Assembly (NCBI GenBank): GCA_038046385.1
Contig: JBBSWH010000001.1
Coordinates: 64,001-128,000, forward strand
DNA: 64,000 nucleotides
DNA from: Nanobdellota archaeon
GTDB lineage: Archaea > Nanobdellota > Nanobdellia > Woesearchaeales > GW2011-AR4
Direction: 5' to 3'
Under the pieces are notes generated by a model. That model did no database searches. It was not told the DNA's origin and saw only the letters and a list, made by a program, of their open reading frames with translations. Below are positions 17,012-25,905 of the stretch, piece by piece (position 1 is the stretch's first letter; the number at the start of each line of letters is the position of its first letter). The position numbers and the translations under genes were made by a program.

Positions 17012-17677
17012 TCACTCTACAATCTCAAGAAGCTCTTTGATGTCATTTATCTCATAGTCTGCGCTTGAGCCGGATGCAGAAGGATTTCCGTATTTTGCGA
17101 AGCAAGTTGACATTCCCAATGACTTTGCGCCTTTTATATCCCGCTCTGGCCTGTCTCCAACCATTAAGCACTCGTGCGGCTTTACATTCAGCTTTTTGAA
17201 GGCGACCTTAAACGGCTTTGTGCTTGGCTTGAACTCTTTCGTATCATCAAACGTAACAACGACATCAAATATATGGTTTATTTTCATGGCAACAAGTCTT
17301 ATCCATGCCTTTAATCGCGGAGCGTCAGATACAATAGCCAGTTTTATGCCTTTTCTTTTCATTTCAAAAAGGACCTTGCTTACATTCGGATACGGCTCAA
17401 GGAATCCACTTCTTACTCTCCTGTAGGCCACGATGCCGCTTGCAAGTATTTCATAGTTTATTTCCTTTGTAACCTTCTTCAGAAACTTCTGGAATATGGT
17501 TTTTTCTTCCATTCCGTATTCATTATACAAGTCGAAAAGAATCTTCATGCCTTTTTCCTTGTCCATATCCAATCCTGCGCCTATCATCGCAGTCATTGCC
17601 GCATCGCAGCTCATTTTCTTCATTGTCATGAAGTCTATCAAGGTGTTGTCAAGATCGAAGATAATTGCTTTTATCAT
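17012..17677 (-). CDS. HAD superfamily hydrolase (subfamily IA)
   Basis: FDLDNTL, KP, MVGD..RDIKGA. Confidence 0.93.
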   Translation of the reverse strand: MIKAIIFDLDNTLIDFMTMKKMSCDAAMTAMIGAGLDMDKEKGMKILFDLYNEYGMEEKTIFQKFLKKVTKEINYEILASGIVAYRRVRSGFLEPYPNVSKVLFEMKRKGIKLAIVSDAPRLKAWIRLVAMKINHIFDVVVTFDDTKEFKPSTKPFKVAFKKLNVKPHECLMVGDRPERDIKGAKSLGMSTCFAKYGNPSASGSSADYEINDIKELLEIVE

Positions 17678-17731
17678 AATCAAAAGAAAAACAGAATAAG
17701 TTTAAAATTGTTTTGATGAAAAAAGAAAAAA

Positions 17732-18166
17732 TTAGCTAAGGTTACCTTTCCCTTTCTTTGGCTTAACTCTCGGGTTTACTCCCACTGCCATTTCGGTTAG
17801 CCATTCCACTATTCTTCTTAGCTGCTTGCTATGCGGATGAATACCATCATTGCTTAATTTTGCGCTTACATATCCGGTTACATCCCCGTTTATATGTGCT
17901 GGACCCAAATAAGTATGTCTTCCGTCTGCTCGTGTAACAACAACCCTATCTTTTTCTCTTTGAATATTGGATATATTTTGATTATAGCTAACTATAGAAG
18001 ATGCAGCGTCGCTTATTTCATGATTCCTTGCTTGAGGAATATCTCTTGGCGCACCAGCAACTGCAAATTCAAGTCCATGAGTAGGGTTGAACATAATCTG
18101 CGCCCCTGCTTTAGTCTCTCTGTATAACTTACTAACATAGTCTATAACCTGATTTGCATAACTCAT
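17732..18166 (-). CDS. Hypothetical protein
   Basis: GGAGG SD, 144-aa ORF. Confidence 0.65.
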   Translation of the reverse strand: MSYANQVIDYVSKLYRETKAGAQIMFNPTHGLEFAVAGAPRDIPQARNHEISDAASSIVSYNQNISNIQREKDRVVVTRADGRHTYLGPAHINGDVTGYVSAKLSNDGIHPHSKQLRRIVEWLTEMAVGVNPRVKPKKGKGNLS

Positions 18167-18292
18167 ATTAAAATACCCTCCAAATTTTTATAAACGGAAT
18201 AAACCTTTATTTATAAACTTTGTTTTTATCATTACATAATAGATAAACCAATATCAGCAAACTTTAAAAACAAACTATTCTTTTGAAACGCT

Positions 18293-19363
18293 ATGGAAAC
18301 GCTTGAATCACTGAAATGGCTCAAGGACAGAAATCTGTATGACCTTTCTTACAGTGTATCTACATCCCTGAAAAAAGTCTTTACGCCGTGTTTAGGGGTA
18401 AAGGACGAAAAAATGCTGATAGTCGGAGACATAGGCTATGAAAACAGAAACGTTGCGGCTGTGATGTCCGGAGCTTATTACCTTGCGGCGCAGCAGATGA
18501 AGCTAGATGCCAAATTAATATTCCAAAGCGTAAAATCGAGGGGAGATGTTTCTGACGATGATGTTGTGCAGGGACTTTCAGAATTAAAAGCAGGCAATAT
18601 CGTTATCCTTAACATGTCAGACAAGCTTGGAAACATTCAGGAGCTTGGAAAAAGTTTCAGGAGATGGATTGCAAAAAAGAACCATCGCTTCATATCGGCA
18701 ATGAGCCTTGGAGATTTGGCAACAAGCAACATTGAACTGATAACAAAAGCGATTGATGTTAATTACAGGCCGCTGCAGGTTCAGCATGAGGAAATAAGGA
18801 AAAAGATGGATGCTGCAAAAGAGATTCATATAACAACACCTGCAGGAACGGATTTGCATTACAACAAAGAGGGAATAAAAGCACTAAAAGCAGACGGGAA
18901 TTACACAATGCCCGGCACCGGAGGAAACCTGCCGGCAGGAGAGGTATACTCGCCGCCAAACGGCAAGAAGATTGAAGGCAAGGTTGTAATTGACGGAAGC
19001 TCAAGAACGCATGAGCACACGCTATTGATAAGAAAGCCGATTGAGCTTACAATCAAAGAGGGAAATATTGTTGACATCAAGGGCGGGGAAGAGGCAAAAC
19101 AGCTTGAGAATACGCTGAAGTGGGCTGCATCAGTTGCAAAAAACCCCGGCAATGTAAGAAGAGTATGCGAGCTCGGAATCGGATTAAACCCAAATGCGTC
19201 AATCATAGGCGCGATGATAATTGATGACAAGACGCTCGGAACAGCACATATAGGAATCGGCTCAAATTACTGGTTTGGCGGAAATATATATGCAATAATC
19301 CACCTAGACCAGGTTTTTAAGAATCCCACTATTTATTTAGACGGAGCAAAGCTAAAAATCTGA
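18293..19363 (+). CDS. M29 family (thermophilic metallo-) aminopeptidase-like protein
   Basis: GNLPAGEVY, ELGIGLNP, DDK..GTAHIGIGSN, HLD. Confidence 0.88.
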   Translation: METLESLKWLKDRNLYDLSYSVSTSLKKVFTPCLGVKDEKMLIVGDIGYENRNVAAVMSGAYYLAAQQMKLDAKLIFQSVKSRGDVSDDDVVQGLSELKAGNIVILNMSDKLGNIQELGKSFRRWIAKKNHRFISAMSLGDLATSNIELITKAIDVNYRPLQVQHEEIRKKMDAAKEIHITTPAGTDLHYNKEGIKALKADGNYTMPGTGGNLPAGEVYSPPNGKKIEGKVVIDGSSRTHEHTLLIRKPIELTIKEGNIVDIKGGEEAKQLENTLKWAASVAKNPGNVRRVCELGIGLNPNASIIGAMIIDDKTLGTAHIGIGSNYWFGGNIYAIIHLDQVFKNPTIYLDGAKLKI

Positions 19364-19370
19364 TAGTATG

Positions 19371-19491
19371 GCATAGCATCCTAAGGTCAAAATTCAATTC
19401 AGAACATAATCAACTGCGTTCAGGGGGACGCCCCCTACGGGGCATGAACGATACTTAAAGTAACACATTAAGAATTTTGAAGATGCTATGC
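19371..19491 (-). repeat. Hairpin/MITE-like element copy E3
   Basis: TIR GCATAGCATC/GATGCTATGC; reverse strand carries CCCCGTAGGGG..TCCCCCTG core as in E5. Confidence 0.7.
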
Positions 19492-19696
19492 ATTGTTTTC
19501 TTCCTTAACTATCATCCATTTTGGCAGGTCAACATTCGGATATTTCTTGTCAGAGCCTTCAAAATACGTTCCTTTTTCTTTTTCCATGCAATTCATTGAG
19601 CATAGTAAATATATAAAGATTGTTTAGTAAGATAGAGTGACTACACACGGCAGAATCAGGAAAGTATTAAAAGAGGATACTTAATGTTATACTGAA

Positions 19697-20041
19697 ATGG
19701 GATACAAACAAGCTATACTCGTAAGAGACGATTTGAAGCTTCCAAAAGGAAAGATGGCTGCACAAGTGTCACATGCTTCTGTAGATGCTACTTTGAAATC
19801 TGACAAAAAGATGGTTGATTTGTGGAAAAAAGAAGGCATGAAGAAAGTTATCCTTAAAGTGAATGAAGAAAAAGAGCTTTTCAAATATAAACAGATTGCA
19901 GAAGATGCAGGAATAAAAACAGCTCTGATAACGGATGCAGGACATACTGTTGTTGAGCCTGGAACAATTACTTGCCTTGCAATAGGCCCTGATGAAGAAA
20001 AAAAAATAAATGAAATCAGCGGAAAATTAAAGCTGATGTGA
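19697..20041 (+). CDS. pth2: Peptidyl-tRNA hydrolase Pth2
   Basis: GKMAAQVSHAS, KKVILKV, DAGHT, TCLAIGP. Confidence 0.96.
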   Translation: MGYKQAILVRDDLKLPKGKMAAQVSHASVDATLKSDKKMVDLWKKEGMKKVILKVNEEKELFKYKQIAEDAGIKTALITDAGHTVVEPGTITCLAIGPDEEKKINEISGKLKLM

Positions 20042-20098
20042 AAATATCAATTCTAAGAGACAATTTCTTGCTTTGTTGACATATCCGGTATTGATTAG

Positions 20099-20449
20099 CT
20101 ACTGTTGTCTTTTTAGGTAGCGTATCACTTCATCATCACTCAATTGGCTGCCGGAACTTCTTCCTCTTGTAAAATGCCCTGAAGCATATTCCTGGCCAAG
20201 ACTATAAAATAGTCCAGCCTTTCTGTCAATTTCATGTGCAGAATCTAATGCTCCCAATACAAACTCCCAATACCCTTTAGAACTTACAATGTGAGGCTCA
20301 AGCTGATCCCTTATACCCCTAACCAAATCAGCAACAACCTTTGCCTTATGAGCTGTTTGGGGTGTGTGCACTAATTCACTAATGAATGTTGTTCCATCCA
20401 TTATAAGATAATCTTTTGATACTTTTGTGTCTATTGTTGGATTTGTCAT
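20099..20449 (-). CDS. Orphan protein (MTNPT N-terminus)
   Basis: AGGTGA SD, operon of three. Confidence 0.7.
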   Translation of the reverse strand: MTNPTIDTKVSKDYLIMDGTTFISELVHTPQTAHKAKVVADLVRGIRDQLEPHIVSSKGYWEFVLGALDSAHEIDRKAGLFYSLGQEYASGHFTRGRSSGSQLSDDEVIRYLKRQQ

Positions 20450-20467
20450 TTTTTCACCTTTGAATAT

Positions 20468-20770
20468 TTAAGATACTAATGTTGGCTGTTTGTCATACCT
20501 TATGCTTATGCAGGCTGCCCCACCTTGTTCAAGCAATTCTACTAAGGCAAGGTGGTGGTCTAACACGCTTTTAGGATCTTGTGGGTTTAAACCCTCAAAC
20601 AAATGAGCATGTTGTGGGGAAATTGAGTAAGAACGAACCAAATATTTGCTGCCTACAGGAACTGTAAGCTCAACTACTTTTGAATGATTTCCCTGCGGCA
20701 ATTTGGATGTTAAACCTACTGTGCTTCCGCTATTCATTGCTGCTTGATCGATGCTTGTTGGGTTTGTCAT
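20468..20770 (-). CDS. Orphan protein (MTNPT N-terminus)
   Basis: GAGGTGA SD. Confidence 0.7.
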   Translation of the reverse strand: MTNPTSIDQAAMNSGSTVGLTSKLPQGNHSKVVELTVPVGSKYLVRSYSISPQHAHLFEGLNPQDPKSVLDHHLALVELLEQGGAACISIRYDKQPTLVS

Positions 20771-20815
20771 ATTAAATCACCTCTTCTGGTTTGTGTAATT
20801 TTTAACCTTTTTAAA

Positions 20816-21127
20816 TCAAGATATGTGGACATTTTTGTTCGTTTCAAGATAATTTATTGCGAATACCGATCCGTCTACAATTCCGTTTAAAAAATCAGGG
20901 CTTTGATTCTGAAGTAGTACTCTTGGACGAGTTCTTCTGGATAAAATCACTGCGTAAACTCCTTCCATAACTCCTGCTTGGTAATCTTCAGATATCTCTT
21001 GATTTTGACCCCTAATATTTGCCAGTGCCTGAAGTGATATTTCCTTAGCAATGTCTTCGCTGTCTAACCTTCCTTCCAAAGGTATTCTTGCTGTTAGCTG
21101 AGTCGTTAGTTGAGTCGTTGGTTGCAC
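20816..21127 (-). CDS. Orphan protein (MQPTT N-terminus)
   Basis: GAGGTGG SD, GTG start. Confidence 0.65.
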   Translation of the reverse strand: MQPTTQLTTQLTARIPLEGRLDSEDIAKEISLQALANIRGQNQEISEDYQAGVMEGVYAVILSRRTRPRVLLQNQSPDFLNGIVDGSVFAINYLETNKNVHIS

Positions 21128-21246
21128 GCTACCACCTCGTTTTCCTGTAAACTATAGTTATGTTTATTATAATTTATATAATTTATATATAAAATACGCG
21201 ACAAAATTGGTAAGATTTATAAGAATCTGGCAAATCCTATGATAAA

Positions 21247-21894
21247 ATGACAAATTTAACCCATGAAGTGTGGAATTATCTGGATTCTGAGCCAAGCATA
21301 AAGAAAGAGCTGAGCAGAGGCATAGTCAACATTATGGCGTTGGCGAAGTATATTATAGACACAAAGAATTTGGAAAAATCGCCTGATGCAGTTATAAGCG
21401 CAATAAGGAGATATGTTCTTGAAGAAAGGCATGCGCCGAAATTCCACAATGTTGAGGATATAATAAAAAATTCAAGAATTTCAACAAAAAATAAAATTGC
21501 CCTGATTGCAATAAAGCGCGATTCAACAGTTCTTGATGTCCTTCCAAATGTTTTTCCCCTGATAGAACTTTCGAGAGGAGAGGTCATGAGGTTATCGGAA
21601 GGAAAAGAATCATTAAAACTTCTTGTTGATGAAAAAAATCTGCAGAAAATTGCTGATGTTTTTCCAAAGAATAAAATAATAGGGATTACAAGAAACTTAA
21701 GCGAGTTAAGCATAAATCTTGGACCAGGCTCGATAGAGGCAGTTGGAGTTCTTGCAACAATAATGAATGAGCTTGCTGTTAATAATATCAGCATTGTTGA
21801 AGTGATTGGATGCCTGCCGGAGTTCATGCTTTTCTTCGATTCAAAAGACATTCTGAAGGCGCATGAAATTCTGATGAAGTTATCTGGAATCTGA
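21247..21894 (+). CDS. ACT-domain-containing putative regulator
   Basis: N-terminal helical DAVISAIRRY; C-terminal ACT (GVLATIMNELAVNNISIVEV). Confidence 0.8.
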   Translation: MTNLTHEVWNYLDSEPSIKKELSRGIVNIMALAKYIIDTKNLEKSPDAVISAIRRYVLEERHAPKFHNVEDIIKNSRISTKNKIALIAIKRDSTVLDVLPNVFPLIELSRGEVMRLSEGKESLKLLVDEKNLQKIADVFPKNKIIGITRNLSELSINLGPGSIEAVGVLATIMNELAVNNISIVEVIGCLPEFMLFFDSKDILKAHEILMKLSGI

Positions 21895-21895
21895 T

Positions 21896-22150
21896 TTAAC
21901 CGTACCTTAATTTCAGAATTAATACTGAAACAACCATTGCAAACGTTATAGAACTCATAACCACTAAAGATAAGCTTTCTTTAAGAAAACCGTAACCGAT
22001 CCAGAGCACTTGGCCAAAAATATTAATCAGCAGCCACGACAATGAAATATCTTGCGTTGATTTTGTTCTCCATGATTTTATCAGCTGCGGCAAAGAAGAA
22101 ATGGCAACCAATATACCGGCACAAAATCCCAGTAACTCTATTGACAACAT
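21896..22150 (-). CDS. SemiSWEET/PQ-loop transporter
   Basis: LPQLIKSWRTKSTQDIS, WIGYG. Confidence 0.88.
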   Translation of the reverse strand: MLSIELLGFCAGILVAISSLPQLIKSWRTKSTQDISLSWLLINIFGQVLWIGYGFLKESLSLVVMSSITFAMVVSVLILKLRYG

Positions 22151-22231
22151 AGATTTTATAAAATTTGATAATTTAAATAATTTACCATTAGCAGTTACCT
22201 TTTTAAATAACACTTTTTACCTAGACACTAT

Positions 22232-22319
22232 GGGCCCATAGCTCAGCCTGCTTAGAGCACAAGACTCTTAAGAATTTGGAGTTATCTTGGGGTCAGGGGT
22301 TGAAATCCCCTTGGGCCCA
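22232..22319 (+). tRNA. tRNA-Lys(CTT) with 13-nt intron at 37/38 (22271-22283); non-canonical C19/G56
   Basis: GGGCCCA/TGGGCCC, GCTC/GAGC, CAAGA/TCTTG, AGGGG/CCCCT; CUCU/GGAG splice helix. Confidence 0.8.
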
Positions 22320-22416
22320 CTTATTTTTCTATCCGTGCAATAAAATTGCACTTGATTCCGCACTCAACTGACGGAACAGTTGGTTCGACATCCCCTTGGG
22401 CCCACTTTATTTTTCT
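22305..22416 (+). repeat. Duplication of tRNA 3' end (ATCCCCTTGGGCCCACTT..ATTTTT) around a two-hairpin spacer; att-like scar
   Basis: Copies at ~22305-22330 and ~22390-22416. Confidence 0.8.
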
Positions 22417-22853
22417 GAACTTCGATTTTTGTTCATTCTAAATAAGAATACTCCAGCAACAATAGTAGCAAATATTGAAGTAATCATAGTAGATAGATTG
22501 CTACCAATCCCATTAGTTGGTAGCCAAGCTGGTAAATAAAATACTAATAATCCGGCAAGAACAACTAACAAAATTATTCCGACTACCTTCATACCTTTTT
22601 TAATCTTATTTTGATGTTCTTGATACCATGATGATAGTCTTAATGCAACATCATTTCCCACATAACCACTTAATCTTATAAAATAGAATCCAGATATAAA
22701 ATAAGAAAGCACAAACATAAACAACAAAATTACAACAGAGATTGCACCAAAATTTTTATTGGTTAAAAGAAAATAAAGAGTAATCCACATAAGCAACCAG
22801 AAAGTACAATTTTGAATTGTTTTTACTCTTTTTATCAGTTCTGATTGTTCCAT
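22407..22853 (-). CDS. AT-rich hypothetical membrane protein
   Basis: 4 TM segments; ends inside the tRNA duplicate. Confidence 0.6.
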   Translation of the reverse strand: MEQSELIKRVKTIQNCTFWLLMWITLYFLLTNKNFGAISVVILLFMFVLSYFISGFYFIRLSGYVGNDVALRLSSWYQEHQNKIKKGMKVVGIILLVVLAGLLVFYLPAWLPTNGIGSNLSTMITSIFATIVAGVFLFRMNKNRSSEK

Positions 22854-22887
22854 TCTTCTTAATAATTTGATAATGGATATTTAAACT

Positions 22888-23541
22888 TTACTCCCCAACC
22901 ATTTCCTGCAGCACTTCATAAGCCTTCATCGAATCCTTCTTGCTCAGGATGAAAGTCAGTTCTGTCATTGTTGAAACAATCTCGTAAATGTTTATGTTGT
23001 CCCATGCTAATTTTCGTACAGCATTAAAGATTACGCCAGGAGTATGCGTGAAATCGTCTGCAGTGAACACTATAGACAACGAAACCAAATCGTTTTCCTT
23101 GTTGATTATTTTTCCTGAAAGAAACTTGGCAAGCTTATCCATATATTTTTGATTGATAATAATGCTGACTTCGTTGTTTCCCAGTATAATATTCAGCGTA
23201 TCCCCCCTTTCAAAATTTACAAGAGTATGGACCGTTCTCAGCTTTGCAAGCAGATTCGGAGTTTTTACAAAAGTCAAATCGCACAAATTTGTTTTTAACA
23301 GCAATTCGCCGGTGTAGTCAAACTTCTTTGAATGCTTTCTTTGCTCAGATATTTCTTCAGAATGCCTTCTCAATGCCATCACTATGGCTGCATGGTTGAT
23401 TTTTTTTCCAAGCTCTTTTTCTATCTTCGGGCTTATCTCTTCTGCAAAATTACCGATGCTTATAAGATTCCTTCCAAGCGCTTCCTCAACAAAAGGCTGA
23501 TCCGATACAATTTTCTTTACTATGTGGCTTACTGTTACCAT
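22888..23541 (-). CDS. ACT-domain-containing putative regulator
   Basis: AAIVMALRR; TPGVIFNAVRKLAWDNINIYEIVSTMTELTF. Confidence 0.8.
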   Translation of the reverse strand: MVTVSHIVKKIVSDQPFVEEALGRNLISIGNFAEEISPKIEKELGKKINHAAIVMALRRHSEEISEQRKHSKKFDYTGELLLKTNLCDLTFVKTPNLLAKLRTVHTLVNFERGDTLNIILGNNEVSIIINQKYMDKLAKFLSGKIINKENDLVSLSIVFTADDFTHTPGVIFNAVRKLAWDNINIYEIVSTMTELTFILSKKDSMKAYEVLQEMVGE

Positions 23542-23557
23542 TTTTACCCCCTTAGAT

Positions 23558-23573
23558 TGTTATTATAATAACA
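23558..23573. promoter_or_regulatory. Perfect 16-bp palindrome TGTTATTATAATAACA upstream of ACT regulator, candidate operator
   Basis: Seen directly; lies between TATA-like box and start. Confidence 0.45.
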
Positions 23574-23734
23574 TTAAGTTAATATAATAAATATATATAC
23601 TTTTCGGTTATGGAATCAATCAACAGCCAACAGCATAGAAATCACAATTGCATAGAACTATTTACGTGGGAATTAAACAACGATTCTGACTTAATGTCGG
23701 ACTTTCAGGATAAATAATTTTGGTGGTTTATAAA

Positions 23735-24100
23735 ATGACAGGCACAACATCACAAACACTGGCAGATCCAGCATCAGATTTTTCGAGCTTGGATGCGCAA
23801 GTCGAAACTATTGTGCACTCGCAAAGAAGGAAACCGAACGGGCAACTTGCAGCTGAGTTAAATGCTGCTTTTATTGAACATGGGTTTTTGACCGCGACAC
23901 ATCAAAACGGACAAAGAACTGCTTTGATAGGGGTCAACTCATTCAGACATGCGAAAGTTCAGGCTGTCCTGGATCCGGCAAGCACAATTTATGCAAGATA
24001 TAACGGAAAACCATACGGGCTAGATGAGCCGATTCTTTGGGAAACGCCCACTGAGGGGACCGTGGCATGGAAAGCATACAACATGAAAATGGTATTTTAG
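23735..24100 (+). CDS. Orphan protein divergent from ACT regulator
   Basis: GGTGG SD, ATG 23735. Confidence 0.65.
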   Translation: MTGTTSQTLADPASDFSSLDAQVETIVHSQRRKPNGQLAAELNAAFIEHGFLTATHQNGQRTALIGVNSFRHAKVQAVLDPASTIYARYNGKPYGLDEPILWETPTEGTVAWKAYNMKMVF

Positions 24101-24232
24101 GCTGCCAATAAAACTTTTAACATTTTATTTTTTAAACATATTTTACCAAAAAATTATTTTTCTCCTAAAAATCAAAAACATTTTTTTATTTTTTCCGTAA
24201 TCTTTATATAGCATTAAAAGTTATTATTCTTA

Positions 24233-25867
24233 ATGCATAATCACAATAATAACGACAAGAACTTTGATGAGCTGTTTTGGGCAGACCAAATTGCAAAACA
24301 GATAACATCAAGGGAAAAATTTCATTACACCGACGATAAAGTCCCTAAATTTGACACTTACACAGTAAAAACTTCTGCATCATTGTCTGGCGTTTTGCAC
24401 ATCGGAAGATTAAGCGATACAATAAGAAGCGAATCGGTTGTGATTGCGCTGAAAGATGCTGGCATAAAAACAAAATTTATTTGGGTTGCAGAAAACATGG
24501 ACCCTCTGAGAAAAATTCCGAAGGGTGTTCCTGCAAATTTTGAAAAATACCTCGGAATGCCGGTAACAGACATTCCTGACCCTGATGGATGCCACGCATC
24601 TTATGCTGATCATCACATGGAAGAATATTTCAAGGTTGTAGATGAATTTGTTTTAACTGACATGGAAAAATTTTCCATGAGAGAAGAATACAAAAAAGGG
24701 AATTTTACTTCTTACATCAAAAAAATAATGGAAAAAATAGAGGATGTGCGCGAAATACAGAACAGGTACCGGACAAATCCGCTTAAAACAAACTGGAGCC
24801 CGTGGACGCCAATCTGCGACAACTGCGGAAAGATTGTAACGACGCACGTTACCGGAATCGAAAGCGGAATTGTAAAATATGAATGCACAGATTATGAATT
24901 TGAGACGACAACTGCAAAGGGATGCGGCCACAAGGGAGAAAATGACCCATTAAAAGGAAACGGAAAATTATTGTGGAAATCTGAGTGGGCTGCGCAGTGG
25001 GCGAGATGGAAAGTTGTTTCTGAAGGCGCAGGGAAGGAGTACCAGGTGCCAAACAGCGCATGGTGGATTAACGGAGAGATTACAGAAAAAGTTTTGAACT
25101 ACCCTATGCCTGAGCCGATATTTTACGAGCACATCACAATCGACAACCAGAAAATGTCTGCTTCTGTCGGAAATGTAGTCTATCCAAAAGACTGGCTCGA
25201 AGTTGCATCTCCTGAACTATTAAGATTGTTTTACAATAAAAGATTAATGACGACAAGAAGCTTTTCATGGAAAGATTTGCCTAATCTTTATGATGAGTAC
25301 GACAAAATAGCGGAAATCTGCCTTGGAAAAAATATTCTCGAGAACAAGAAAGAAGAAGCACATTACAAAAGGCTTTTTGAAGTAAGCTGCGGAAAAGATG
25401 CAAAGAAATCGATCGACATGAGCTTCTCGCATGCTGCAGTTATTGCGCAGACATTCCCTGACGAGGAAGACATGATTAAGGGCCTTGAAAAAACAGGCCA
25501 TTACAATAAGGATGACCATGACAGGATTTTTGAAAGGTTCCACAAAGTGAAAATATGGCTTAAAAAGCACGCTCCTGAAGATGTCAAGTTTGAGGTGCAG
25601 AAGCACGTTTCAAAAGACATAATAATTACGGAAAGCGAAAAAAAATTACTGCATGAGATATCCGCGCTGCTCAAGGAAAATGACTACAATGAACAGACTC
25701 TTTTTGAGGAGTTTTATACTGTCTCTACCAGGCACAAAATAAAACCTCAGGATTTTTTCAAGTCGGCTTACAAGGTTTTGCTTAACAAGGAACGAGGCCC
25801 AAAACTTGCGCCTTTCGTTCTTGCGCTTGGAAAAGAAAAAGTTGCTAAACTGTTTGAAAGCGCTTAA
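24233..25867 (+). CDS. lysS: Lysine--tRNA ligase, class I
   Basis: FWADQIA, SGVLHIG, KMSAS, GPKLAPF. Confidence 0.96.
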   Translation: MHNHNNNDKNFDELFWADQIAKQITSREKFHYTDDKVPKFDTYTVKTSASLSGVLHIGRLSDTIRSESVVIALKDAGIKTKFIWVAENMDPLRKIPKGVPANFEKYLGMPVTDIPDPDGCHASYADHHMEEYFKVVDEFVLTDMEKFSMREEYKKGNFTSYIKKIMEKIEDVREIQNRYRTNPLKTNWSPWTPICDNCGKIVTTHVTGIESGIVKYECTDYEFETTTAKGCGHKGENDPLKGNGKLLWKSEWAAQWARWKVVSEGAGKEYQVPNSAWWINGEITEKVLNYPMPEPIFYEHITIDNQKMSASVGNVVYPKDWLEVASPELLRLFYNKRLMTTRSFSWKDLPNLYDEYDKIAEICLGKNILENKKEEAHYKRLFEVSCGKDAKKSIDMSFSHAAVIAQTFPDEEDMIKGLEKTGHYNKDDHDRIFERFHKVKIWLKKHAPEDVKFEVQKHVSKDIIITESEKKLLHEISALLKENDYNEQTLFEEFYTVSTRHKIKPQDFFKSAYKVLLNKERGPKLAPFVLALGKEKVAKLFESA

Positions 25868-25905
25868 GGGAAAAGTTTTTTAAACAAAGGAAACTAACTC
25901 ATTCT

